Part shown: positions 44,611-54,889 of the stretch, in pieces
Position numbering within the stretch: position 1 is the stretch's first letter
How the letters are laid out: every line of letters starts with the position of its first letter
IMG/VR virus record: IMGVR_UViG_3300042449_000993
Coordinates: 1-64,000 of that record
From: a virus
Length of the DNA stretch: 64,000 nucleotides
Reading direction: 5' to 3' (one strand)
The notes under the pieces: model-generated
What the model was told of the DNA's origin: nothing
Databases searched by the model: none
Seen by the model: the letters and a program-made list of their open reading frames with translations, nothing else
Made by a program: the position numbers and the translations under genes

Positions 44611-45903
44611 ATGGCGACTAATATTGAAACAACAATATTTGATATTACTTCGATATCAATCGTAAGTCCATCAATTGGAACTGTTGATCTAAAAGACTTT
44701 AAGTTTACTGTAGAGGATTTTAGTATCTACGAAAGCATTTATAACAGCGTTGTTTCTGGACACTTACTAATTAAAGATGCATCTAATCAATTGTCTAAAT
44801 TGTGTTTATCAGGCACTGAGTTTCTTTATATCAATTTTATGAAAGCAGAAGGTTTGGCGCCATACGAAAAGGTGTTTCGAATCTATAAAATTTCTGATGT
44901 AACTCTAAAGAATAATACAACAACATTGACCTATAGAATTGACTTTTGCTCAGAAGAGTTTTTACTTGATCATCAAATTAGAATTTCAAAGTCATACAAA
45001 GGGTTTTATAATTTTCAAATTGCTGCAGATATTTTAGTTAATTATCTTGGAGTTTCTCCAGAAAGAGTGACTTTAGAACCAACTGTTCTTCCTCATGATG
45101 AGTTTATTATTCCAAATTTAAAACCATTTGAAGCATTGAATATGCTCACAGCATTTTCACTCAACAACAATTTAACCTCAGCGTTTGTATTTTTCGAGAC
45201 CGTTTCTGGTTATAAATTTGTAAGTTTGGAGTCTTTGATACAGGCTGATGATGCTCGAACCATTTATCTTCGTCCCCAAAATGTAAGTAATGAAACTGAT
45301 TCTTTAGCAGGAATAGACTACATCAGCGATTTTAATATTTCTCAGTTATTCAATGTGTTGCAAACAATGTCAACTGGTGGTTATGCATCATCAATGTTAA
45401 AAATGGATCTAATCAAGCAAGATGTGCAAACAGCATTCTCAGATCCAGCATCTTCAACACCTGTCACAACGTTGAATGCATTTTTACCAATGAATGACGC
45501 GAAAAATAGATTTAATGATAGAATAATTGATGCTTCAGCATATCAAAGATTCTTCACTAACGTAAAAGGTGGATTAATTGACAAGATTATGTTGCAAAGA
45601 GCGCATCAATTTTCTCTTTTAAATAACTATACAATGCAAGTTACAATGGCTGGCGATACAAGTTACGAAGCAGGTCAAGTGATCAGCGTTGACTTTCCAT
45701 ATCTGCAACCAATTAATGAAGCAGAAGAAACTCAAGTAGATCCATACAAGGCAGGTCGCTATCTTCTTACTGCCGTTCGCCATCGAATTCTTAACAATAA
45801 ATACATCTGCTATCTTGAATTATGCAAAGATTCAGTTCTACAGCCATTCCCTTCTGCTGTTGCTGATGATTCTCAACTCTTAACATCTGCTAGATTATCA
45901 TGA
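44611..45903 (+). CDS. Baseplate hub protein (gp27-like)
   Basis: IYESI, FVFFET, GRYLLTAVRH; lies between 53 and 5. Confidence 0.65.
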   Translation: MATNIETTIFDITSISIVSPSIGTVDLKDFKFTVEDFSIYESIYNSVVSGHLLIKDASNQLSKLCLSGTEFLYINFMKAEGLAPYEKVFRIYKISDVTLKNNTTTLTYRIDFCSEEFLLDHQIRISKSYKGFYNFQIAADILVNYLGVSPERVTLEPTVLPHDEFIIPNLKPFEALNMLTAFSLNNNLTSAFVFFETVSGYKFVSLESLIQADDARTIYLRPQNVSNETDSLAGIDYISDFNISQLFNVLQTMSTGGYASSMLKMDLIKQDVQTAFSDPASSTPVTTLNAFLPMNDAKNRFNDRIIDASAYQRFFTNVKGGLIDKIMLQRAHQFSLLNNYTMQVTMAGDTSYEAGQVISVDFPYLQPINEAEETQVDPYKAGRYLLTAVRHRILNNKYICYLELCKDSVLQPFPSAVADDSQLLTSARLS

Positions 45904-48125
45904 GTAAATTTCGAAAAGACTTTATCGGATTAGATGGATTTCAGTGGTGGTTCGGTGTGGTTGAAAACCGAAACGATCCATTATTGCTTGGAAGATGTCA
46001 AGTTCGCATTTATGGAATACATTCTCCAAATTTAACTGATATTCCATCAGCAGACCTTCCTTGGGCTTTGCCAGTCCATTCACTAAACAATCAAACCTTC
46101 TCAACACCAAAAGAAGGTGATTATGTTTTTGGATTCTTTATTGATGGATCATATGCGCAACAACCAGTAATGATGGGTATTGTTCCTGGAATTCCTGAGT
46201 CAATGACTGATCCAAATTCTGGATTTGCTGATCTTAGAACCCCAGAAGAAATTGCAAATTCACCAAAAAGAACAAGATCAGTTGAGTATGCTACAGATGG
46301 TACTGGCGCAACTCTTGAAGAATATACTGATGAAGAAGAATTGTCGGCATTAAGAAATCCATCTGCATTTCAAATTGGTTTTCCAACAAATAGCCCACTC
46401 GCAAGAAACGAGCAGGTAGACGAAACAATTCTTTCTGCCAAGAAAGCATCAGTTGTCACTGTTCCAATTTCAGAAGAAAACCAATGGAAAGAACCAGATC
46501 CTGCATATGATGCAGAGTATCCATTCAATAAAGTTTGGGAAACAGAATCTGGTCACATTATGGAGTTTGATGATACTCCAGGATCAGAGCGTGTTCATAT
46601 TGCACACAGATCTGGAACATTCCAAGAAATTTATCCTTCTGGAACTAAAGTCGAAAAGATTGTAAAAAACAATTATAAAATTGTTTTCTCTGATCATCAT
46701 GTTTACATTAAGGGGCGTGTAAATCTTACCGTTGAATCAAATGTAAACATGAAGGTCTATGGACATGTTAATCTTGAAGCCCACAATGACATCAATGCTA
46801 ATGTTGCTGGAAGTGTGAACTATACTGTCGGCGGTGACTTTAATGTGAAGGCTGAGAATATTAATCTTGAAGCCAACAGTTATATCAATCAACTTGCAAA
46901 TACTGGCGTGTTTATTACTGGCAATGGAGATGACGACGACGGCGGTGTGTTCATAGTTGGAGAAGGTTCAGTTGGACTTCAGGGTGGAGAAGTTTCAGTT
47001 CTTTCTACAGTTGGAACTACGATAACTGCAGGTATTGACATTTCATTGACTGCTGGTGGATTTATCGCTGCTCAAGCTGGCGGTGCAGTTAGCATTCAAG
47101 CAGGGGCGCAATTTAATGTTCTTGCTGCTGGTACTGCGGCAATGACAGCAGCCACAGTCGGATTGAATGGAGCGGTTATCTCTCTCACCTCTGCTGGTCT
47201 TGTGAATTTGCAGGGTACAGTTGTTGGTGTTGGTGCAAGTCTCGTTGCTCCATTACAAACGTTCACAACATTCCCACCATCTCCTATAATTGGTGTTCCA
47301 ATCCCAGGAATTCCAGCTGGGGAAGTAATTCCTGCCTCACCAACAGGATTAGGCGATCCACTTGAATTGCTCGAATATAACGATCCTCCTGTGTTCTTTG
47401 AGAAGAGCCCAAGCGTTCGACTTCCTCCAGATCGAGCTGCAGATATTGAACAACAGATTCTAGAATACGTTAAGAATCCAAACTCCTTCTATAATGAAGA
47501 CGCAGATCGTGGTGATGTGAAGTCGAATTATCAAGGAACACCAGATACAAGCGGATTTGGTGATTCGTTAATTAATCCAAATAATCCAAACATCGATGAT
47601 GCTTCAGATTTGGCTGCTTGGCTAGAAGAACAATTATCAAAGACCAGTTCAGGCGGCTTCTGGTTAGAAACTGGAATGAGTGGAGGAGATTCAAATCCAA
47701 ACATTATAAACATCTGGAAAGATCTAGGATTTGGAAACAGAGCTCCATGGAACACCGACCAAACCGCATGGTGTATGGGCTTCATCAACTATGGTCTCAA
47801 ACAAAATGGATACCGTTTCGTCCAAACTGCAAGAGCGTTTGACATTCGAGATCGTTTGTCAGATTTCGGCGCAACTCAGGTCATAAATCCAAGCGAGGCA
47901 AGACCTGGAGATATCGCTCTTTGGAAATATAGTCACGTCAGCTTTGTCTATAAAAACAATAATGGTGCCCTTTCGTTTGTGGGTGGAAATCAAAAGAGTC
48001 GCAGCAGCGTTGGTGGCTCTAAGAATAATCCTTCGCAGGGTGATGTAAGTATCTCTTGGCAAAATGGTTATTCGTCTCCAGGAGATGGAACTTTGCTCGG
48101 AATCTTTAGACCTGTAAAAGTCTAA
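45900..48125 (+). CDS. 5: Baseplate hub/spike gp5 with C-terminal CHAP/NlpC-type domain
   Basis: OB fold GVVENRNDP..LGRCQVR, LPWA; YPFNKVWETESGH; beta-helix repeats; TAWCMGF...HVSFV...GGNQ. Confidence 0.88.
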   Translation: MSKFRKDFIGLDGFQWWFGVVENRNDPLLLGRCQVRIYGIHSPNLTDIPSADLPWALPVHSLNNQTFSTPKEGDYVFGFFIDGSYAQQPVMMGIVPGIPESMTDPNSGFADLRTPEEIANSPKRTRSVEYATDGTGATLEEYTDEEELSALRNPSAFQIGFPTNSPLARNEQVDETILSAKKASVVTVPISEENQWKEPDPAYDAEYPFNKVWETESGHIMEFDDTPGSERVHIAHRSGTFQEIYPSGTKVEKIVKNNYKIVFSDHHVYIKGRVNLTVESNVNMKVYGHVNLEAHNDINANVAGSVNYTVGGDFNVKAENINLEANSYINQLANTGVFITGNGDDDDGGVFIVGEGSVGLQGGEVSVLSTVGTTITAGIDISLTAGGFIAAQAGGAVSIQAGAQFNVLAAGTAAMTAATVGLNGAVISLTSAGLVNLQGTVVGVGASLVAPLQTFTTFPPSPIIGVPIPGIPAGEVIPASPTGLGDPLELLEYNDPPVFFEKSPSVRLPPDRAADIEQQILEYVKNPNSFYNEDADRGDVKSNYQGTPDTSGFGDSLINPNNPNIDDASDLAAWLEEQLSKTSSGGFWLETGMSGGDSNPNIINIWKDLGFGNRAPWNTDQTAWCMGFINYGLKQNGYRFVQTARAFDIRDRLSDFGATQVINPSEARPGDIALWKYSHVSFVYKNNNGALSFVGGNQKSRSSVGGSKNNPSQGDVSISWQNGYSSPGDGTLLGIFRPVKV

Positions 48126-48133
48126 TATAAATA
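48126..48133 (+). promoter_or_regulatory. T4-type late promoter
   Basis: TATAAATA before gene 25. Confidence 0.75.
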
Positions 48134-48157
48134 TAAAAACAAATTTTAGAGTAAAAA

Positions 48158-48550
48158 ATGGCAGCAGAAGAAAGAGCATTTTCTGATCTAGATTTAAATT
48201 TTACGAAACATCCGATTACAAAAGATGTTGCTCGTAAAACTGGGTATAATGCGATTATCGCTTCTTTAAAGAATTTAATTAATACTAATTTCTACGAAAG
48301 ACCATTTAATCCAAAATTGGGAAGCAATATTCGCGGTTTACTGTTCGAACCATTAGATCCGTTAACAGGAACTGTTCTACAAAAAGAATTGAAAATTCTT
48401 ATTGATAACTATGAACCAAGAGTTTCTGTGAGAGATATACAAGTAGTGGCTGATTATGATAGAAATGCATATCAAGTTACTTTAACATTTTTTACGGTTA
48501 ATTCTACTGAACCACTCAGAACAGTATTATTTTTAAATAGGTTGAGATAA
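48158..48550 (+). CDS. 25: Baseplate wedge gp25
   Basis: FSDLDLNF, ERPFNP, YEPRV. Confidence 0.92.
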   Translation: MAAEERAFSDLDLNFTKHPITKDVARKTGYNAIIASLKNLINTNFYERPFNPKLGSNIRGLLFEPLDPLTGTVLQKELKILIDNYEPRVSVRDIQVVADYDRNAYQVTLTFFTVNSTEPLRTVLFLNRLR

Positions 48551-50634
48551 TGTCAGCAAACTTAGAAAGTAAATTGATTGTTTCAAATCCAGACTTTAAT
48601 GCGATTCGAAGCAACTTAAAAGATTTTTTGCGAGCTCAAACCACTTTTTCGGATTATGATTTCGAAGGTTCTGGTCTTTCTAATTTGATCGATCTGTTAG
48701 CGTATAACACTCACTATATGGCTTTCTATGCAAACATGATTGCAAACGAAGCCTTCTTGGATACAGCCTCACTTCGTGATGCAGTAGTTTCTCACGCCAA
48801 GATGCTTGGATATACTCCAACTTCTGTAACAAGTGCACGTGCAAATGTGAATCTAACCTTCACACAAGCAAATAATGCGGCTGTGGCAAATTTAACATCT
48901 CTCACGATTCCAAGATTTACAAAATTTGCTGGAATTTCTTTAAACGGAGTCAACTATACATTCACGACTCTTGAAGAAAAAACTGTAACAAAAGCCAATT
49001 CAGCATTTACATTCTCCAATCTCGAGATTACTGAAGGCAAACCAATAAACATTGTCTTCACTTATAGTGCGCAAAATAACCCACTACAACAATTTACAAT
49101 TCCTGATCCAGATGTTGATACGTCAACACTAGAAGTTATTGTTCAAAACTCTGCTGCCGACTTAACTCAAAAAACATATACGCTTGCTCTAGATGCAACT
49201 GAAGTTTCAGCAAATAGCGCAGTTTATTATCTTGATGAAATTAATGATGGAAAATATCAAGTATACTTCGGTGATGGTATTTTAGGTAAACAACTTTCAG
49301 ATAGCAACATTGTGATTTTGAGTTATTTGAGAAGTAAGGGTGCTGATTCGAATAAGACAAATCAATTCACACTAATTGATTCAGTTGGAACATTAACAAG
49401 CGGAACAGTTGTGGTCAACGATGCTGCTCAAGGTGGCACATCTGCAGAATCTATTAATAAAATTAAATTTACTGCGCCAAAAGCATTTGCTGCAAGAAAT
49501 AGAGCAGTCACAAAAACAGATTATATTTCTCTAATTCAACGCGACTATCCTTCTCTTGAAGCAGTCAACGTTTGGGGTGGTGAAGAAAATGATCCACCAG
49601 TTTACGGCAAAGTCTTTATTTCTGCAAAACCTGCTTCTGGCTACGAATTAACAACAACAGAAAAACAATATATTTTAAATGAGGTTGTTGCCCCGTTAAG
49701 CATGGTAACTGTAACACCAGAATTTGTTGACCCAGATTATAATTATTTGAATCTAAGTGTTAAAGTTACTTACGATCCAACTGCAACAACGAAAACTCCA
49801 GGTCAGATTGTAAGCTCTGTAAAATCAGCTGTGTACAACTTTGCAAATACAAACCTTGACAATTTCAATTCATACTTCAAAGTTTCTCGTTTGACAAGAG
49901 AAATTGATAATATCGAAACTGCAATTTTAAGTAACGAAATTGACGTTACAATTGAGAAAAGACTTGAACCAATTCTTGGCGCAACACCAAGAAACTATAC
50001 TTTGAAATATTATACGCCACTAAAGAAATCAACTAGCGGAAATAGAATTCGCTCAACTCCAGCATTTACTGCATATGACAGCGAAGATGTTGTTCGTCAG
50101 GTATTCTTCGAAGAAGTGCCCCAGTCAACAACAGGCATCTCATCAATAACCATTAAAGCAGGTGGTTCAGGATTTACTGTTGCTCCAGAGATAAGAATCA
50201 CAGGCGATGGCTATGGAGCAGCCGCAACAGCAGTAATTACAAACGGCAAAATCACCTCTGTAAATATTACAAATGCTGGCTCAGAATATACAACAGCAGT
50301 TGTGAAAGCATATGACTCTGATGGAAACGAATTGACAAGCGTTTTACTTGAAGCAGTTATTCAGAATAGCGTCGGTAAACTTCGAACATACTATTTCGAT
50401 GACAATCAAATTAAAACCATTCTTTCTGAAGATGCTGCAACAGTAGATTATGCTGCTGGAACAATCACACTTCAAAACTTCTCACCACTTGATATTAGAA
50501 ATACTTTAAAAGTTCTTAAGTTCTATGCAATGCCTGAGAATAATTTGTTCAGTTCAACAAGAAGTTCAATTATAACAGTTGATCAAGAAGATGCAGCTGC
50601 AATCACTGTCGACGCTATACCTGTAACAATCTAA
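48550..50634 (+). CDS. 6: Baseplate wedge gp6
   Basis: DYDFEGSGLS.LIDLLAYNTHY, RAVTKTDY, WGGEENDPPVYGKVFI. Confidence 0.95.
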   Translation: MSANLESKLIVSNPDFNAIRSNLKDFLRAQTTFSDYDFEGSGLSNLIDLLAYNTHYMAFYANMIANEAFLDTASLRDAVVSHAKMLGYTPTSVTSARANVNLTFTQANNAAVANLTSLTIPRFTKFAGISLNGVNYTFTTLEEKTVTKANSAFTFSNLEITEGKPINIVFTYSAQNNPLQQFTIPDPDVDTSTLEVIVQNSAADLTQKTYTLALDATEVSANSAVYYLDEINDGKYQVYFGDGILGKQLSDSNIVILSYLRSKGADSNKTNQFTLIDSVGTLTSGTVVVNDAAQGGTSAESINKIKFTAPKAFAARNRAVTKTDYISLIQRDYPSLEAVNVWGGEENDPPVYGKVFISAKPASGYELTTTEKQYILNEVVAPLSMVTVTPEFVDPDYNYLNLSVKVTYDPTATTKTPGQIVSSVKSAVYNFANTNLDNFNSYFKVSRLTREIDNIETAILSNEIDVTIEKRLEPILGATPRNYTLKYYTPLKKSTSGNRIRSTPAFTAYDSEDVVRQVFFEEVPQSTTGISSITIKAGGSGFTVAPEIRITGDGYGAAATAVITNGKITSVNITNAGSEYTTAVVKAYDSDGNELTSVLLEAVIQNSVGKLRTYYFDDNQIKTILSEDAATVDYAAGTITLQNFSPLDIRNTLKVLKFYAMPENNLFSSTRSSIITVDQEDAAAITVDAIPVTI

Positions 50635-50635
50635 T

Positions 50636-53482
50636 ATGTCATCACAGAATAGACTTTCAACACTCGTAGAATGGCAACTTCCTGACTTTATTCGTCGGGA
50701 TCATCCATTGTTCGTAGAATTTTTGCAAAAGTATTACGAATATCTTGAAACGCCAAATTCTCCTGTTTACGAATTAAAGAGATTCTCTGATAACTATGAT
50801 GTAGATAAAGCCAGAGAAGCATTTTTACAATATTTTAAAAATAAAATCATACCTTCTTTTCCTGATTCTACAGAGTTGTCAACAGAAAGAATTATTAAGG
50901 CTGCGCGCGATTTTTATGCAAAGAAAGGTACTCCTGACTCATTTAAATTTCTTTTCAGTGCTTTATATGGTGCAGAATTAGAAGTATTTTTCCCAAAATT
51001 ACAAATTTTAAAAGCATCTGATGGTAAATGGATTCTACCTCAAGCATTTCGTTTAACGCTTACTGGTGCAAATCTTTCTCTTGATTTAAATTTAATTGAA
51101 AAGCGAAAAGCATATGGCAGCATTTCCAGAGCGAGCTGTATTGTTGAAAGCGCAATAAGAACAATTGATAAAAGCACCAACAATGAAATTGTTGAAATTT
51201 ATGTTTCAAATGTAAATCGTGCATTTCAAAATGGTGAAGATCTAGAAATAGAGTATCTTGACATTAATGGCGCGACTCAAACATTCTCAGAAAAGATTAT
51301 TGGTGCACTTTCAAATATTCAAATTACTCAAAATCGTCGCGGCACAAGATATCTAACAGGTGACCCAGTTGTGATTAATGGTGGTTTGGATACCACATCA
51401 ACTACAAAAGTAAAGGCTGTTGCAACTGTTGGGAATGTAACCACAGGTTCAATTGATTCTGTCACCGTATTAAATCGCGGATATGGATTTAGAACATTTC
51501 CAAATTCTTTAGTTGATATTGTAACAGCAAATGGCGTTGGTGCAAACGTAATTGTTGCTTCGGTAGACACAGCAAACAATATTGAAATTCCTTATAACAT
51601 TGATGCAATTTTATACAAAAAAGATACTTTATTAAATGCTGCAGACTATGATTTTGATAATGTTGCTTCAGCAGACATTAATACAACCATTATTGATGCA
51701 TTAACATTTGAAAAAATAAACGTTTATCCAATACTTACAATGAGTGTTGTAAATGGCGGATCTTTCTTCAGTGAAGAGCCAACTTTAGATGTTGTTTCTC
51801 TATTCGAGAGTGATTATTCAGAAACAAATGGCAACCTATTGTTAAGTCCAGGCTCATTTAGTACATACAATGCATCAAATTCTTCCATTAAATTTGTTGG
51901 TGGTGGGTTTTCTAGTGTGAATGATTATTACAATGGATGGAGAATTTTACTTGAAAAACAATATAGAACAATCATAGATTATGATGGTGCAACTAAAACT
52001 GCATTTTTAGATAGATCGTTCGAAGTAAATATAAATTTAACCAATATTCTCACTAAAAATCTTTATCTTGATTCCCGCCCATCAACTAAATCTATGGGCT
52101 ATATTGCTCACGTTGAAGTATTAAATGGTGGAAGTGGATATGATAGTGGCGATACTCTTTCACTAGCTGGAACAGGTTATGGTGCTGTCCTCAGCCCAAC
52201 GATAACAGGTGGTTCATTTACTGCAGTTTCAGTATCAAATCGTGGTGAGGGATATGTTGAACCGCCAACAGTAATCGTAAATACATCAACTGGTAGTGGG
52301 GCATTATTTAAAGTTTATGTTCTTGGAAATGGTGAGGAATTTGATGTTGTAACTGGAGACATTGGTCAAGTCAGAGACATTATTCTCTCAAATCGTGGAT
52401 CAGATTATGTTTCAGCACCAAATGTATCACTAAAAGTATATGACATTTTAATTTCTCCTCTTGGTGGATCTGAAGTAATTCTCGAGAATGATATTGTATA
52501 TCAAGGTGTAAATGTAAATACAACTACATTTAGAGCCATCGTTGATGAATATTATCCATCTAATAATATTATCAGAGTTTTCAATTATTCTGGTTCTATA
52601 AACGTAGCACAAAATCTTGTTGTTTATAAGACTGAGACAGCAGCACAAACAAACACCTTCATTCAAACTTCAACGATTGGAGGTAAAACGTATCCATACA
52701 AATATGGTGACGGCAGAGCCAGAGCAACAGCAGAATTTTTAAATGGTCTTATTCGCTATAACGGATATTATCTAAACACCGATGGACAATTAAGTTCTGA
52801 TAAGAGATTACAAGACGCTAAGAGATATCACAATTATTCTTATGAATTAATCTCTGATCGCTCTTACACTGAGTATAGTAAAACTGTTCTTGAGAGTTTA
52901 CATCCTGCAGGCGCATCACTACTTGCTGCGCATATGATCAAAACAGATTTGCAGGTCTCGCAGCTTTCTAATATAAATGTTCATACACTCTATACAAATA
53001 GTAATAGTTTAATCACGAACTGTAACGTTGGATTTAATGCAGCTATTGTTTCTGGAAACACAGGCAGTGACTTTGATTTGCTTGCAAATATTGGTGATAT
53101 TATCATAATTAATTCTGGTAATGTGTATCGCTCTTTTGCAAAGGTGATCACTTCGTTTACCAGCAACACTCAACTAAATATAGAGAGCCCTTGCGTTATT
53201 GTTGGTGAAGGTCGCGGTAAAGTTACAGCAAACCTCAATACACTTACAATTAGCGGCAATTCAAACTCTATTGTACAATTCATCACAGTAGACGACGAAC
53301 TTAGAATAAACGTAAATAATTCTATCTTGGTTAAAACGATTAATAGTATTTCTGGCAATGTAATTACTCTCAACAGCAATGTGGGTATTACAACGACCAA
53401 TACAAATCTTGTTTACTTCGTTTATCCGAAGTTAAACGCAGTAAGTTACAAAATAGTCAGTACGACTGACGAATTCTCTTAA
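50636..53482 (+). CDS. 7: Baseplate wedge initiator gp7-like
   Basis: FLQKYY, FYAKKGT, LKASDGKW, LQD...YHNYSY, HPAG. Confidence 0.8.
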   Translation: MSSQNRLSTLVEWQLPDFIRRDHPLFVEFLQKYYEYLETPNSPVYELKRFSDNYDVDKAREAFLQYFKNKIIPSFPDSTELSTERIIKAARDFYAKKGTPDSFKFLFSALYGAELEVFFPKLQILKASDGKWILPQAFRLTLTGANLSLDLNLIEKRKAYGSISRASCIVESAIRTIDKSTNNEIVEIYVSNVNRAFQNGEDLEIEYLDINGATQTFSEKIIGALSNIQITQNRRGTRYLTGDPVVINGGLDTTSTTKVKAVATVGNVTTGSIDSVTVLNRGYGFRTFPNSLVDIVTANGVGANVIVASVDTANNIEIPYNIDAILYKKDTLLNAADYDFDNVASADINTTIIDALTFEKINVYPILTMSVVNGGSFFSEEPTLDVVSLFESDYSETNGNLLLSPGSFSTYNASNSSIKFVGGGFSSVNDYYNGWRILLEKQYRTIIDYDGATKTAFLDRSFEVNINLTNILTKNLYLDSRPSTKSMGYIAHVEVLNGGSGYDSGDTLSLAGTGYGAVLSPTITGGSFTAVSVSNRGEGYVEPPTVIVNTSTGSGALFKVYVLGNGEEFDVVTGDIGQVRDIILSNRGSDYVSAPNVSLKVYDILISPLGGSEVILENDIVYQGVNVNTTTFRAIVDEYYPSNNIIRVFNYSGSINVAQNLVVYKTETAAQTNTFIQTSTIGGKTYPYKYGDGRARATAEFLNGLIRYNGYYLNTDGQLSSDKRLQDAKRYHNYSYELISDRSYTEYSKTVLESLHPAGASLLAAHMIKTDLQVSQLSNINVHTLYTNSNSLITNCNVGFNAAIVSGNTGSDFDLLANIGDIIIINSGNVYRSFAKVITSFTSNTQLNIESPCVIVGEGRGKVTANLNTLTISGNSNSIVQFITVDDELRINVNNSILVKTINSISGNVITLNSNVGITTTNTNLVYFVYPKLNAVSYKIVSTTDEFS

Positions 53483-53499
53483 CGGAGAGATAATATAAA

Positions 53500-54879
53500 A
53501 TGGCGAGTTATGCAATCTTAACTAAAAATTTCGGTGTTTTAAACGCCCAGAACTTCGAGCGTTTAACAACTGGGGCATTTGCAAATTGCTACGTCGCGAT
53601 TGGTCGTCAAAGCGACTGGTCGGGTGGTGATGTTGCTGCTGCTCCTGTAGACACTTCAAACAGTTTCTATCGATTCTGGGACACCATGATCGGTATGAAG
53701 AAAATCACTGCTGCTGACATGAATTTAGTTGTTCCACGTGTTGATTGGGAAACAGGAACAACGTATATTGAATATAATCAAGATACTCAAATGTTTGCAA
53801 AAGCCAATACTGCAAATGTTGCGTATGATAACAAATTTTATGTGAGAAATACGCGAGATCAAATCTTTAAATGTTTGTTCAATAACAACAGTGGATCATC
53901 TACTGTGATGCCAGAAATTAATTTAGATGGCCAACTTCCAGAAAATGCATTTGTTGAAACATCAGATGGATACAAATGGAAGTATTTGTATACAATTCCA
54001 CCTGGACTTAAAGAAAAGTTTTTCACAAATCAATATATGCCTGTTGTGACAGAGGCTATTGTCACAAATAATGCTGTTGATGGTCGTCTTGACATCATTA
54101 AGATTACTGCAAATGGTGCTGGTTTTTATGCGAATGCAAATTCAAATAGTTATAGCATCGTTTCTATTAGTGGTGATGGATCTAATGCAAATGTGACTGT
54201 GAAGGTTACAACTACTGCCCTTCTTGGTGGTAATTTGAGCGGATATAATATTATTTCTGCAGGTAACAATTATACCAGAGCCACGCTCAGTTTGACCGAC
54301 CCTATCAAAGTTCCTGGAACTGCAAATGGCACATTAACCGCAGTTATAGGTCCTCCAGGAGGACATGGCTCAGATGTAGCGCAAGAATTGGGTGCATCTA
54401 ATTTGATGCTTTGCGTTCAAATTGAGGGTGATGAGGGTGGAAAACTTCCAATTAATGGATTAAACACATTTAGACAGATTGGCATTCTAAAAGATCCTCT
54501 ATTAGCCAACTCTGCTTTTGCGTCAAATAACGTATACAGAACGACAACAGCTCTCGGCATTTCAGCTGCAGTCACTCCAGCATTTAGTTTGAAAGAAACA
54601 ATCTATGTTGGAACTTCTCTTGCAACCGCGACATTTACTGCAGTGGTTGAAAACTATGATAGCGCAAATCTTGTATTATATGTAAACAATACAACTGGAT
54701 CCCTCACAACTCCAGCAACGATTGTGGGGAATACTTCTGGAGCAATTACTAGCGTTTTAAGTCAAACTGCTCCAGAAATAAAGAAGTTCTCAGGGGATCT
54801 ACTATATATTGAAAACAGCGCAAATATTTCTCGATCAACTGTTGAAACTCAACAAGTTAAACTTACGCTCAGATTTTAA
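53500..54879 (+). CDS. 8: Baseplate wedge gp8
   Basis: VPRVDW, FKCLFNN, SDGYKWKYLY, PPGGHG, FRQIGILKDP. Confidence 0.88.
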   Translation: MASYAILTKNFGVLNAQNFERLTTGAFANCYVAIGRQSDWSGGDVAAAPVDTSNSFYRFWDTMIGMKKITAADMNLVVPRVDWETGTTYIEYNQDTQMFAKANTANVAYDNKFYVRNTRDQIFKCLFNNNSGSSTVMPEINLDGQLPENAFVETSDGYKWKYLYTIPPGLKEKFFTNQYMPVVTEAIVTNNAVDGRLDIIKITANGAGFYANANSNSYSIVSISGDGSNANVTVKVTTTALLGGNLSGYNIISAGNNYTRATLSLTDPIKVPGTANGTLTAVIGPPGGHGSDVAQELGASNLMLCVQIEGDEGGKLPINGLNTFRQIGILKDPLLANSAFASNNVYRTTTALGISAAVTPAFSLKETIYVGTSLATATFTAVVENYDSANLVLYVNNTTGSLTTPATIVGNTSGAITSVLSQTAPEIKKFSGDLLYIENSANISRSTVETQQVKLTLRF

Positions 54880-54889
54880 GGTGTAACAG

